In this document: positions 22,333 through 34,437 of the stretch, one piece after another
Layout: each line of letters begins with the position of its first letter
Position numbering within the stretch: position 1 is the first letter of the stretch
Source of the DNA: Macrostomum lignano
Taxonomy: Eukaryota
Direction of reading: 5' to 3'
NCBI GenBank assembly: GCA_002269645.1
Contig: NIVC01001939.1
Coordinates: 1 to 64,000 of the forward strand
Length of the DNA stretch: 64,000 nt
Position numbers and translations under genes: made by a program
Notes under the pieces: generated by a model
What the model saw: the letters and a program-made list of their open reading frames with translations, nothing else
Told to the model about the DNA's origin: nothing
Database searches by the model: none

Positions 22333-24484
22333 GGTACCCGGTAAAATGCGGAATCCGCAACGGAATCGGAATGGAATAGTACGCTAAAACGCGGAATCCG
22401 CAGCGGAATGGTAAACTGCGGAACGAAGTGCGGATTCCGCATATTAAAGTAAAACGTGGAATGCAAAAATGAAAAAAGTAAAATGCGGAATGAAAACTAA
22501 CTAAATTATACTTTTATTCATCAACATCAACATGTACTAAAGACTACAAATAGCTATCTAGCTACATGTATATATAGCTTAATTTATTTAGAAGCTGATT
22601 TTTTGTAGTGTCAAATAAAGTTTCTATCATCGGAATGTATATTAACAACATATTGTGCAGTTTTCGGAAATAAGTATACGCTAAAAATACAGAAATAAAT
22701 TTCTTTGTAAGAAATGTTTAAATATTCCATTTGCCTATCTTGCAAATGCATTCGGAAGTGTTACCATGATGCTCACTTGCGCTAGGCTTCCGCGCCAGTT
22801 TATCACAATATATCATGATATTAAAAAGTGCTTATGCATGGACCTGGCCTGATTTCCAAGTGCCAAAATGTGCTACAAGGGAACCTAACGTACAAGCAAA
22901 ACCCTTTCCTGGACATCCTTTTTGATGCGACCAACTATTAACAGCTAATTTTCTAAATGTACTGTTTGATTGAATCTATGCATTAACTTTTCTGTGGACA
23001 AAGCCCACAAGATTAAGTTCCGAAGAGGGTTTACAGGCGACAACAACCCGCTTTACGGGTGTGCGGGTAGAGCCTCTATGTGACTATGACCCGAAACAAC
23101 AGCCCAGCAGTTGATTTGTGTCCTTAGAAGTAAGCACTATTTGCAGGCTTAGATTAATAAAGTTAACAAAAAGGTTGCGATAAAAACAATGCCCATTTTT
23201 GTAATAGTTACTCCGGAACCCGATGTGCAACTATAAATATAAATGTATGCCCAGATTGATAATTTCCATACTATGACTTGACTTCGCGATTCAAACACTG
23301 CATCAACATTACAATTCGGGGAGTCGAATTTCTTGGGTTTGTCCTCCAGTGGAGGAGTTCCACTCGTTATACCTAACTTTCTATTGCCTAGAGAAGTCAT
23401 TATATATGATTTATCTGATTCATACCCCCAAGCATTGGTTAATTCGATAGAATAGAATGAAGGGATTGTTATGCAAGTGAGAAATCAAATAATTTTATAC
23501 ATTTTCTTATATTTACTAGCAAAATAGAGCCCCAATAATAAATAATCAAGCACTTATTCGTTAGCGATTCGCTGTCCCGTCGCTGGCGAAAAGTCGCTGG
23601 CAAAACTTCGCTAATGTTCCGCTGACGATTCGCCAATGCGACCGAGGTGGAAAAACTATGTTTTATGCTGCAGGAAGAAAAGTTCCAGACAAACACAGTT
23701 TTTGAAACGTTCTACGAGTATATGGGAAATGAAGAAAAAAATGTCGCCACTACTTCGCTGTCTCGCTGACAATTTGCTTGCGATTCGCCGGCGATTTTCC
23801 CAGAAGGTACTGACCTTCCATACTGATCTGACTGATCTGACTTTCCATGCTTCCTTGTACTATTTATTGCCTTTCTTGACACTAAAAACGTAAAAGCGTC
23901 TTGCAAATCGTAATTTTAGCTTCGCTAAAATCTATCTTGTCCTAAAGTTTCGGATATAATTTTTTTTTAGAAATGTACATTTAATGCTACGATTTTTTTT
24001 GACAGCAATAGGATGTAGGATGACTTCTCGCCACATGTCAGCGGGCACTTTTGAAATACATTAAATATAAAAATTGTACGTAGTATGCACTTTCGCTTCC
24101 AGAGTATGAATTTACCTTAAATAAGTTGCCAAAGCTCTATCTTCATTCCGAAAATTACTGTATCTTAACCATTCTGCTGAGGATTTTGCTAAGGGAAGAT
24201 CAACAGATTTGATTTGAGTGTCATAGTGACAATGAAAAACAATTTGTTCAGCAAAAATGTACATAAATTTCAGATGTTTTTTTAAATATAAGGTGATGAA
24301 TAAAAGTATAATTCAGTTAGTTTTCATTCCGCATTTTACTTTTTTCATTTTCGCATTCCGCGTTTTACTTTAATATGCGGAATCTGCACTTCATTCCGCA
24401 GTTTACCATTCCGCTGCGGATTCCGCGTTTTACCGTACTATTCCATTCCGATTCCATTGCGGATTCCGCATTTTACCGGGTACC
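22333..24484. mobile_element. 2152-bp DNA transposon derivative with ~170-bp TIRs and 9-bp TSD ATGGCATAG (Mutator/MULE-like)
   Basis: TSD at 22324-22332 and 24485-24493. TIRs begin GGTACCCGGTAAAATGCGGAATCCGC and are near-perfect reverse complements. No intact transposase. Confidence 0.85.
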
Positions 24485-24552
24485 ATGGCATAGGGGAGAT
24501 TTCAAAAAAATTAGGGGCCTATATACCAAGTTTGTGGCGCATGACTAGGGCC

Positions 24553-24727
24553 TAAGACTGCCACACACCAAAACCACCACAGCTATTGCTGGCTATTGGT
24601 ATTGAGGGGGAGCTACTAATCTTCTAGCATTGCTATTCCTCTCATAGGTTCTTTTCTCACAGCCTTGTCTTGCTGGCTCTCCTAAGTCCTATCTACTTAT
24701 CTCTCTAGCACCATCTAATAACACAAA
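24553..24727 (-). mobile_element. Inverted partial copy of the 20909-21149 element
   Basis: Reverse-complement match to ~20965-21145. Confidence 0.6.
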
Positions 24728-24964
24728 TTGGCTATCACAAATGTATTGAAAATTTCATAGTATTGGACTAAATTAGCTATTCCTCTTAAATTAGCTATTC
24801 CAATAAAGGTCAATATCCACACTCTAGTAGCTGCTGCTAGCACTTTGCCAGTGTCATCTTTTGGTAATTTATGCATTTGCAACAGATTTTCTTTCTGTTA
24901 ATAGCACTAGTAGAAAGCTTGTGCAAGTGGGAGCACAGCAGTGGTTCAAATCAAGACATTTCTA

Positions 24965-26278
24965 TGAGGGGCATTCAATAAGTTTCTGGATGCACAGAAA
25001 TGAAAAGCATCAGAGGGAAGATAAATGTCAGGCCTTTTTGAAGTACTCTCCAGCAACTTCAATGCACTTTCTCATCCTTTTAAACAAAGTAGCAAAGCAG
25101 CCAGCCCACTCCAACTAAGGGATGTCAAATAGGTGACTTTAGAAGGCCTTGACGGCCTGTTCTGGTAGTGCAAATTGGACTCCCTTGAGCAGGTGCTTGA
25201 CTTATGGGAACACAAAGAAATCACATGGTGCCAAGTCGGGGCTGTAGGGTGGGTGCTAAAGCAGTTGGACGCGATTCTGCTCCATGAACTCCACAGTTAG
25301 TTGGGCAGTATGAGCCTAGGTGTTGTCCTAATGGAGCAGCAAACTGTGATAGCGAGTCCTTGGGAACTTCTTAGCGATGGATTGCAGCATCTAGGGCATA
25401 CAGTCGGTTACATACCAGCCTGCAGTCACCGTCCGCTGTGTTACCAGCGGAATCATGGCTATGGGACCATTGCAAGCCACAAAACAGCCACTATCTGCTT
25501 GGCAATGCCAATGCTTTGTGACTGCACAAGCTTTGAAGATGGCAGACTGCCAATGGGGGTCCACTGGGCCAACTGCTGCTTGCTCTCTGGGTCAAAACAG
25601 TATACCCAGGGCTCATCACCACTGATAATGTCCCAGGAGCTCGTTGATCTTCCACCGTCAAATATTTCAAGCATTGAATGGCACCAATTGATCTGGGCCT
25701 GTTTTTGCTCCTAGGTCAGGTAATGAGGCACCCAGTGTGCAGACACCTTGCTGAGGCCAAGCCTTTCATGTAGGATGGTTGAGGTGCTTCCCGATGAAAT
25801 GCCCACAGCAGTGGCTAGCTGTTGCACTGTCAACTGCGGGTCTTCTTCAACCAAGGCCTGCACTACAGCCACTGCTTCCTGAGTGGTTGAACTCAGGGGT
25901 CATCCTTTGCGAGCCTTGTCTTCAAGCAACACTCGGCCCCAACGAAATTCCGTGAACCAGTCAAAGATGGTTGTTCTTGAGGATGCAGTATCCCCAAAGG
26001 CTAGGCAAAGCCATTCTAAGCTTTGCGACTGGTTCAGTCTAAATTTGTAATTATAAAAAATCATTGCTCTCCAGTAGATGCATGACAGTTCCATAATAGA
26101 TACTTGAAGTTGGAGGTGATAGGTGACTTTGAAGTGAAGTTGTGAGATTCAGGTTTATTGTGTAAACTTTATATTTTATGTCAAATCTCAGGAGATATAC
26201 ATTTTTCATATGAGTACATTTTGAGCAGCCTAGAGTGTGCTGGCTCTTATGGTCCCGAAACTTATTAAACGCCCCTTA
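24965..26278 (-). mobile_element. Decayed mariner (Tc1/mariner D34D) element, 1314 bp, TA TSD
   Basis: TIRs TA|TGAGGGGCATTCAATAAGTTTC and GAAACTTATTAAACGCCCCTTA|TA. Minus-strand transposase remnants TIFDWFTEF, ISGDEPWVYCFDPESKQQ and HPPYSPDLAPCDFFVFP*VK, with stops and frameshifts. Confidence 0.92.
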
Positions 26279-27906
26279 TACAAGTATAAGATTACATAGA
26301 AAAGCTAGTATGCACTTGTACTTTCTTTAACTTTGATTCTTGTCCTGTTTATCTATAAGCTTATATTTAAGCACAATTCACCACCCCAAATTTCCAACCC
26401 ACAACCTCTTTAACCCTACCCCTAACCCAGGCTAGCTATGTGTAGTCCTTTATTTTCTATCCAGGCCTAAATTATCAATTCATTCACCCTACCTTATATA
26501 AAACTGATATTAACCCTATTCCAGACTACCCCCATCCTCCACTAGGGTAGGCCTAGGATTGCTAGCTAAATAATGTATGTATTTTCTATGAGGCAATATA
26601 GTTTTATTGTATAATAATTTTAATATATAGTTGGATACTCATATATCACTTAGTATCTAGCGCTTATTTAATATAGCATTTGACTTACTCAACTTGGCTG
26701 CAGGGGGCTCCATATATCTAGAAACAGTGAGGAGATGTTGCTACCCATTTTGCTAACCCTTGGCAACCACAAGCAGCTAGTGCTACAGTGTGGTGCAGGG
26801 AGTTCTGATGGTGCCAGTGTCTGCAGTGCAGTCCTCCTCTAGAAAATCCAGGAGGTAGATAGTTGCTCACTGGATAGCCTTTAGGTAATGGACGAGCTAG
26901 CAGAGATTCCTGGGCCTAAAAATGTAGTGTATATGGCATTTAGTGCATGGTATAATATAGCTCCCTTAGACCTTAGCAAAGTTTGTTTAGCATTTATTAT
27001 TTGTTTTGCAATGTTATAAAGAAGATTTATATTTCATAAATAATCCCACCATTGTTATCAAGTTGTGGTATATTTCTTCTCATTAAGAATTTCCTAATGT
27101 TGCTACCAAGTTGTATTAGAATAGTTTTTTTATTGCCCAATGATTTCTCTTTCTAATATCCAGATTGGTTTTTGTCTAATTATGATTTCCCATTGACTTA
27201 GGCCTAGCTGCAAGGTGATCCAAAGATGCAACGGGTGGAAAATATTGCCTTTTCTGCTAAAATGACTTCCCATTAGTGGATGATCCAGTTTTAGGCTATC
27301 TAATAAATTGGAAATTTTTTCCTTTTGTCTTGGTAAATGACATCTCTCCCCTTTGATTTTCTACTTTTGGTTTAGACTATTCATCTTCTCATTTTGTATT
27401 TCACCTAAAACCAATTTATCTTTGATTCTAACAAATAAGAAAGACTTTTAGCAAAATTCGCTTAATTTAGTTTTATCAAAAAAAATAGTTTCCTTTGGTT
27501 TTGATGGGAGTTCAACTTGAGAGCACATCTTAGTATTAGCATAAAATTTTTATCAATTGACCTCTTCTATAGGATAGGTTATCTATTGGACTACAACCTC
27601 TCTAGTCTATATATGGCCCTTTGATAATAATATTGCCCTCATGCTTTAGAAAGTGACCCTTGGGCGTGTTTGTGCTGATATTTGGGAAACTGGGAATTTT
27701 TTACAAGGCGGGTCTTTTAGCAGCAGTAGAAAAAACCATAGACAACAAAGTATCGCAGCATCGCTCTAATGAAAATAAGCCAGCCAGCCTCGTCAGCTGC
27801 TAAAAGACCAGCCTCATAAAAAATTCCTAGTTTCCCATCCCGGTGTTTGAGTAGTCTGTGTGGTAAATACTATGCTATAAATACAAACGTAAGCATAATT
27901 ATCTAG

Positions 27907-30900
27907 AATGACCCATCTGCTCTGCTTCTGGTGGCCACCACAGTTCAACTCTTAGTGCTGGGCGATGCGGGTCGCAGTCCCAGAATGCAGTTGCACGCAT
28001 TGAGCTTTGCCGAGTCTGGCTATCACGTGACCCTGCTAGGTTATTCTGGTTCTCCATGCCGCTCCGCTGTGGCCAATCACCGGCTGATTAAGGTTGAGCA
28101 CATCCGGCAGGCTCCCGCTTGGCTTGATCGTCTGCCAACAGTTCTAGCTCAGCCGTTGAAGCTTCTGGCTCTGCTGGTGCTGCTGTGCTGCAGCCTGTTG
28201 GCGCACCCGCGCTCCGACCTGCTGCTGGTGCAGTCGCCGCCAGCTGTGCCCGCCCTGCTTGTGGCCTGGGCCACCTGCCGGCTGGGTCGGCGTCGGCTTA
28301 TTGTTGATTGGCACAACTATGGATGGACTCTGGCCAGGTATGCAGTTTATGCTGTTACTGGGTCCAAACATTCACAGACTCGAAACATTCACAGACTCGA
28401 AGCTTCACAAGCTCGAAGCCTCACAGACTCGGAACTTCACAAGCTCGAAGCCTCACAGACTCGAAGTTTCACAAGCTCGAAGCCTCACAGACTCGAAGTT
28501 TCACAAGCTCGAAGCCTCACAGACTCGAAACTTCACAAGCTCGAAGCCTCACAAGCTCGAAGCTTCACAAGCTCGAAGCCTCATAAACTCGAATCTTCAC
28601 AAGCTCGAAACTTTACTAAGCTCAAAGCTTCACAAGCTCGAATCTTCACAAACTCGAAGCTTCACAAGCTCGAAACTTCACAAGCTCGAAGCTTCACAAG
28701 CTCGAAACTTCACAAGGTCGAAGCTTCATAAGCTCGAAGCTTTTCTTCACACAAGCTCGAAGCTTCACAAGCTCGCAGCCTCACAAGCTCAAAGCTTCAC
28801 AAACTCAAAGCTTCAAAAGCTCGAAACTTCACACAAGCTCAAAGCTTCACAAACTTCACAAGCAAAAATTCATAGGTTGTTTGGGATCCAAGTCCCAAAC
28901 ATCAGATCCAAGTCCCAACCATCAGATTCAAATCCCAACCATCAGATCCAAGTCCCAACCATCAGATCCAAATCCCAACCATCAGATCCAAGTCCCAATC
29001 ACCAGATCCAACTCCCAATCACCAGATTCGAATCCCAAACACAAGATCTAAATCCCAATCACCAGATTCGAATCCCAGTCTACAGATCCAAATCCCAGTC
29101 TACCGATCCAAATCCCAATCTACAGATCCAAATCCCAATCTACAGATCCAAATCCCAATCTACAGATCCAAATCCCAATCTACCGATCCAAATCCCAATC
29201 TACAGATCAAAATCCCAATCTACAGATCCAAATCCCAATCTACAGATAAAAATCCCAATCTACAGATCAAAATCCCAATCTACAGATCCAAATCCCAATC
29301 TACCGATCCAAATCCCAATCTACAGATCAAAATCCCAATCTACAGATCCAAATCCCAATCTACAGATAAAAATCCCAATCTACAGATCAAAATCCCAATC
29401 TACAGATCCAAATCCCAATCTAGCGATCCAAATCCCAATCTACAGATCAAAATCCCAATCTACAGATAAAAATCCCAATCTACAGATCAAAATCCCAATC
29501 TACAGATCCAAATCCCAATCTACAGATAAAAATCCCAATCTACAGATCAAAATCCCAATCTACAGATCCAAATCCCAATCTACCGATCCAAATCCCAATC
29601 TACAGATCAAAATCCCAATCTACAGATCCAAATCCCAATCTACAGATAAAAATCCCAATCTACAGATCAAAATCCCAATCTACAGATCCAAATCCCAGTC
29701 TACAGATCCAAATCCCAATCTACAGATCCAAATCCCAGTTCACCAATCCAAATCCCAGTCTACAGATCCAAATCCCAATCTACAGATCCAAATCCCAATC
29801 TACAGATCCAAATCCCAGTCTACCGATCAAAATCTCAATCTGCAGATCCAAATCCCCAAGTACCTAGTCCAAATCCTAAACCCAGTGCTTATGCGCTTAC
29901 GTGTCCATTTGTCCCTTCGTGCAGAGCCGGCAGATCAATCTACCGCAGCCTCGAGCTCGGGTTCGCCTCAAGATTTCTCCGCTCGGACACTCACCTGTGC
30001 GTCACCGAGGCGATGCGCCGCGACCTGCGCAAAAGCTGGGGCATCGACGCCGTGGCCTTCCACGACAGGCCCAGCCCGGACTTCGCCGTGCGCGCCAGCG
30101 ACAATCCGGACGCCACCGCGGCGCATCGCCTATTCGACCGGCTGGGAGCTCCTGGCGGCCCCGTGCCGCAGCTGGCGGAGACGCCGCTGACTCGGCTGGG
30201 CGTTGACGGCGTCGCCCGCTACCTGCCGATTTGCGAGCGGCCAGCTCTGCTGGTCTCCAGCACCAGCTGGACTCTTGACGAAGACTTCGCTCCGCTGATG
30301 GAGGCTTTGGATAGGTGAGGTGCTGCTGCCCTGCCGCCTAGGTGACGCCTGTCCTAGAGGCCAGATGCGCAACGGACAGCTTAACCGCAGCTATTGCGCG
30401 GCGCATCTGAAGGCTGGGGGGACCAAGGACGGGGGGGTCGCCACACACAGCCTTAATTACCCCAGCTAATGCTGGCACCCATTTTACAGCTGGGTGAACT
30501 GAAGCAATGCAGAGTTGAGTGTCTGGCTCAAGGACACAAATTGTTCCTAGTGGATCGGGAATCGAACCCCCGACCTTCAAGTCGTTAGTCCGACGCTCTA
30601 ACCGCTACTATCACTCACTAGGCCACAACCCCTCACTAGACCACAACCCTCACTAGGCCACAACCCTCACTAGGCCACAACCCTCACTAGGCCACAACCC
30701 TCACTAGGCCACAACCCCTCACTAGGCCACAACCCTCACTAAGCCACAACCCCTCACTAGGCCACAAACCTCACTAGGCCACAACCCTCACTAGGCCACA
30801 ACCCCTCACTAGGCCACAACCCTCACTAAGCCACAACCCCTCACTAGGCCACAACCCTCACTAGGCCACAACCCCTTACTAGGCCACAACCCTCACTAGG

Positions 30901-31730
30901 CCACAACCCTCACTAGGCCACAACCCTCACTAGGCCACAACCCTTCACTAGACCACAACCCTCACTAGGCCACAACCCTCACTAGGCCACAACCCTCACT
31001 AGGCCACAACCCTCACTAGACCACAACCCTCACTAGGCCACAACCCCTCACTAGGCCACAACCCCTCACTAGGCCACAACCCCTCACTATGCTTGCTTCT
31101 TGTTACTATACTATTCTACTAACAGTATTCATGCTGGTACCGCTTCTATTATTTTATTGCTAGTCAATAGTACAGTTACTAAAGTAATAGTAGTACTCTC
31201 CCTGACTAGTGCTGCTGTCCCCCTTGGCCGGCAGATACGATTCCAAGGCCGAGTCGGACCAGTCGCTGCCCGACCTACTCTGCGTGGTCACCGGGCGCGG
31301 TCCGATGCGCGATTATTACCTGTCCCGGGCCGGGCCCTGGCGCTCAGTCCGCCTGGTGTCCGCCTGGCTGGAGCCGGCCGACTATCCCGCACTGCTGGCC
31401 GCGGCCGATCTTGGCGTCAGCCTGCACGCGAGCAGCTCCGGCCTGGACCTGCCAATGAAGGTGGTGGACATGTTCGGCTGCGGCCTGCCAGTCTGCGCGC
31501 TACGCTTCCCGGCTATTGGCGAACTGGTTCGTCACGGCGTCAACGGGCTGCTGTTTGACAGCGGCGAACAGCTGGCCGAGCAGCTGGCCAAGCTGCTGAG
31601 ACCGGCCGAGGCGTCTTCTGTCGACGAATTGAAACGGCTGCGTCGCGGTGCTAGGGACGCGTTTAGGGGCGACAATTTTGTGAAAGCCTGGCGTAGGATT
31701 GTACGGCCGGTGGTGCGGGCCCTCCGATAG
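27907..31730 (+). CDS. ALG1: Chitobiosyldiphosphodolichol beta-mannosyltransferase, 3 exons: 27907-28337, 29925-30314, 31235-31730; start codon unresolved
   Basis: LGDAGRSPRMQ.HALS, QSPPAVP, IVDWHNYG, LCVTEAMR.DL, LLVSSTSWTLDEDF, VTGRGP, DLGVSLH.SSSGLDLPMKVVDMFGCGLPV, ELVRHGVNGLLF. Both introns are phase 2 GT-AG. Confidence 0.93.
28365..28860. repeat. 16-bp minisatellite (ctcgaagcttcacaag) in ALG1 intron 1
   Basis: Direct tandem copies. Confidence 0.9.
28885..29880. repeat. 20-bp minisatellite (aaatcccaatctacagatcc) in ALG1 intron 1
   Basis: About 45 copies. Confidence 0.95.
30376..30612 (-). mobile_element. tRNA-derived CORE-like SINE, copy 1 (ALG1 intron 2)
   Basis: Minus strand has A-box TAGCGGTTAG, B-box GGTTCGATTCC, then GTGTCCTTGAG..ACACT..CAGTTCACCCAGCTGTAAAATGGG, resembling the MIR/CORE domain. 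A second copy lies at 32949. Confidence 0.8.
30613..31088. repeat. 17/18-bp minisatellite (cactaggccacaaccct) in ALG1 intron 2
   Basis: About 27 copies. Confidence 0.95.
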
Positions 31731-31859
31731 CCGCTGCTGCATTTTATCAGCTGGCAGAGCAAGCCTGATATTCCTTTTATTCTACTGTCAGTAGTCTGTT
31801 ATTTTAATAAACTTTCTGTGCATTGAACTTCCTGTGGTTTTATTGGGCTATGTCAGGTG

Positions 31860-32665
31860 GGGCACTCATCTAGGCTCATTTGACTCTCAATTTGGCTCAT
31901 CTGACTCTCAATTTGGCTCATCTGACACTCAATTTGGCTCATCTGACACTTATTTTGGCTATCCTGACACTCAATTTGGCTCATCTGACACTCAATTTGG
32001 CTCATCTGACACTTATTTTGGCTATCCTGACACTCAATTTGGCTCATCTGACACTCAATTTGGCTCATCTGATTCTAAATTTGGCTTATCTGATTCTAAA
32101 TTTGGCTCATCTGATTCTTAATTTGGCTCATATGATTCTTAATTTGGCTCATATGATTCTAAATTTGGCTCATCTGACACTCAATTTGGCTTATCTGATA
32201 CTAAATTTGGCTCATCTGATTCTTAATTTGGCTCATATGATTCTTAATTTGGCTCATATGATTCTAAATTTGGCTCATCTGACACAATTTGGCTTATCTG
32301 ATTCTAAATTTGGCTCATCTGATTCTTAATTTGGCTCATATGATTCTTAATTTGGCTCATATGATTCTAAATTTGGCTCATCTGATTCTAAATTTGGCTC
32401 ATCTGACTCTCAATTTGGTTCATCTGACACTCAATTTGGCTTATCTGACCCTCAATTTGGCTCATCTGACACTTAATTTGGTTCATCTGACACTCAGTTT
32501 TGCTTATCTGACACTTAATTTGGCTCATCTGACACTCAGTTTTGCTTATCTGACACTTAATTTGGCTTATCTGACCCTCAATTTGGTTCATCTGACACTC
32601 AATTTGGCTCATCTGACACTTAATTTGGTTCATCTGACACCCAATTTGGCTCATCTGACACTTAC
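31860..32665. repeat. 21-bp minisatellite (tttggctcatctgacactcaa) downstream of ALG1
   Basis: About 38 copies; source of the LNLAHLT ORFs. Confidence 0.95.
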
Positions 32666-32948
32666 GAGTTAAGTAGACTACCCTGACACTCAATATAAAG
32701 CCGTATGCTTTCAATAATGAAATTTGTTTGCTTATTGTAGATATTTTATTAGTTATAATTACTTCGTAATAGTTATAATTGGTGATAGATAATGCTTCAA
32801 TGATTTTACAGTCCGACTTTCTTATATGAGAAATGACAAATTAATATGCGGATTTCTGTTCATGCTTTTTAGACTTCTCAATAAAATTTATTGGAATCAG
32901 ACGAGAGCAGAGTTTTGGTTCTTAACATTGTGTAATTCTCTTTAACCG

Positions 32949-33190
32949 ACAGCTCAGCCGCAGCTATAGCGTGGCGCATCTGAAGGCTGCGTACGGCTGT
33001 TCAGTCCAAGGACTGGGAGGTTGCCACACACAGCCTCAATTATCCCAGCTAATGCTGGCACCCATTTTACAGCTGGGTGAACTAAAGCAATGCAGAGTTA
33101 AGTGTCTTGCTCAAGGGCAGAAATTGTTCCGAGTGAGTTAAGAATCGAACCACCGACCTTCAAGTCGTGAGTCCGACGCTCTAACTCCGG
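32949..33190 (-). mobile_element. tRNA-derived CORE-like SINE, copy 2
   Basis: Colinear with 30376-30612; head is truncated where it meets the mariner TIR. Confidence 0.8.
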
Positions 33191-33193
33191 TCC

Positions 33194-34437
33194 GGTTGTA
33201 ACAAAAGTTTCGAGCGTTTTCTTTAAACTTCTAGAACTTTCTCCAGAGAAATTTCTGGAATGTTCTATGTGGGTATATAAGAGTGACCAGTGCGCACTAC
33301 TATCCATATGGATTATGCTCAACCTTCAACTACAATGGCTACGCAACAACACAATCAACGTCACCTCATTCGAGCATCTTTACTTTTCTGCTTCAAGCTG
33401 GGCGACTCAGCAGCTGAGGCGCATCGCAAGTTATGTCAGGCATATGGCGAGGACTGTCTGAGTGAGCAACGCTGCCTTGCCTGGTTCGCGCAGTTCAAGA
33501 AGGGTGACGAATCACTCAAAGACAAGGAGCGCTCTGTTCGCCCACCTGAGCTCGATATTCAGCAGCTTGCCCTGCTTGTCGAAAGTGAGCCACATCTCAC
33601 AACACGTGAAATGGCACAGTACTTCAAGGTCTCTGCCATGACCATCGACCGCGGCCTTCATCAGATCGGCAAAGTACACAAGCTTGGTCGATGGGTTCCA
33701 CACGAACTTTCACCTGAGAACAAAAATTAGCGCATCATCACATGCACCCAACTCCTGTCCTATCGTCGCAACCCAGAATGGCTCGATACCCTGGTGACTG
33801 GCGATGAGTAGTGGGTGGCCTACTTCAACATCACACGCAAGCGCCAGTGGCTTGGCATGGGTGATCAGCCACAGCCAATGCGCAAACCTGATCCACACCA
33901 AAAGAAGGTCATGCTGTGGTCTGGTGGAATACCAGTAGAATTTTCCACTGGGAGCTTCTGCCTCGTAACACCAGCATCACTGCCGATGTCTACTGTGAGC
34001 AGCTGGATAGACTGCACCAGGCTATTGCCAAGCAGCAGGGCGCTGGCGCAAAAATTCGATTTCTTCAAGACAACGCCCGACCTCACGTGGCGAAGAAGAC
34101 ACTACAGAAGCTGCTCGAGCTGGGCTGGGAAGTCATGCCCTACCCTCCATACTCGCCTGATCTTGCGCCATCAGACTACCACCTGTTCTGCTCAATGCAG
34201 AACCACAAATGGTGTGACGTTAAAAGACGAGGAGGAGGTGAAAGCCTGGCTTAAGCAATACTTCAAGTCGCTGTCACCTGAATTCTTTAAGAAGGGCATC
34301 CACAATCTCATCGCCAGATGGCAACAGGTCATCGATCAGGATGGTGATTATATCCTGGAATAGAAACTGTGATGGAACTGGAAAATGAGTTCAAGGTTTG
34401 AGTACAAAAACGCTCGAAACTTTTGTTACAACCCAAT
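33194..34437 (+). mobile_element. Mariner element (cecropia/Hsmar1-like TIRs) with a mildly decayed transposase at 33335-34363
   Basis: TIR (ATTG)GGTTGTAACAAAAGTTTCGAGCGTTTT at both ends. WVPHEL, VTGDE*W, LQDNARPH and YSPDLAPSDYHLF motifs. TAG stops at 33728 and 33809 plus two frameshifts. Confidence 0.95.

Noticed and set aside
28259-30190. 643-aa ORF across ALG1 intron 1
   Set aside because: Runs through two minisatellites and is out of frame with the ALG1 exons.
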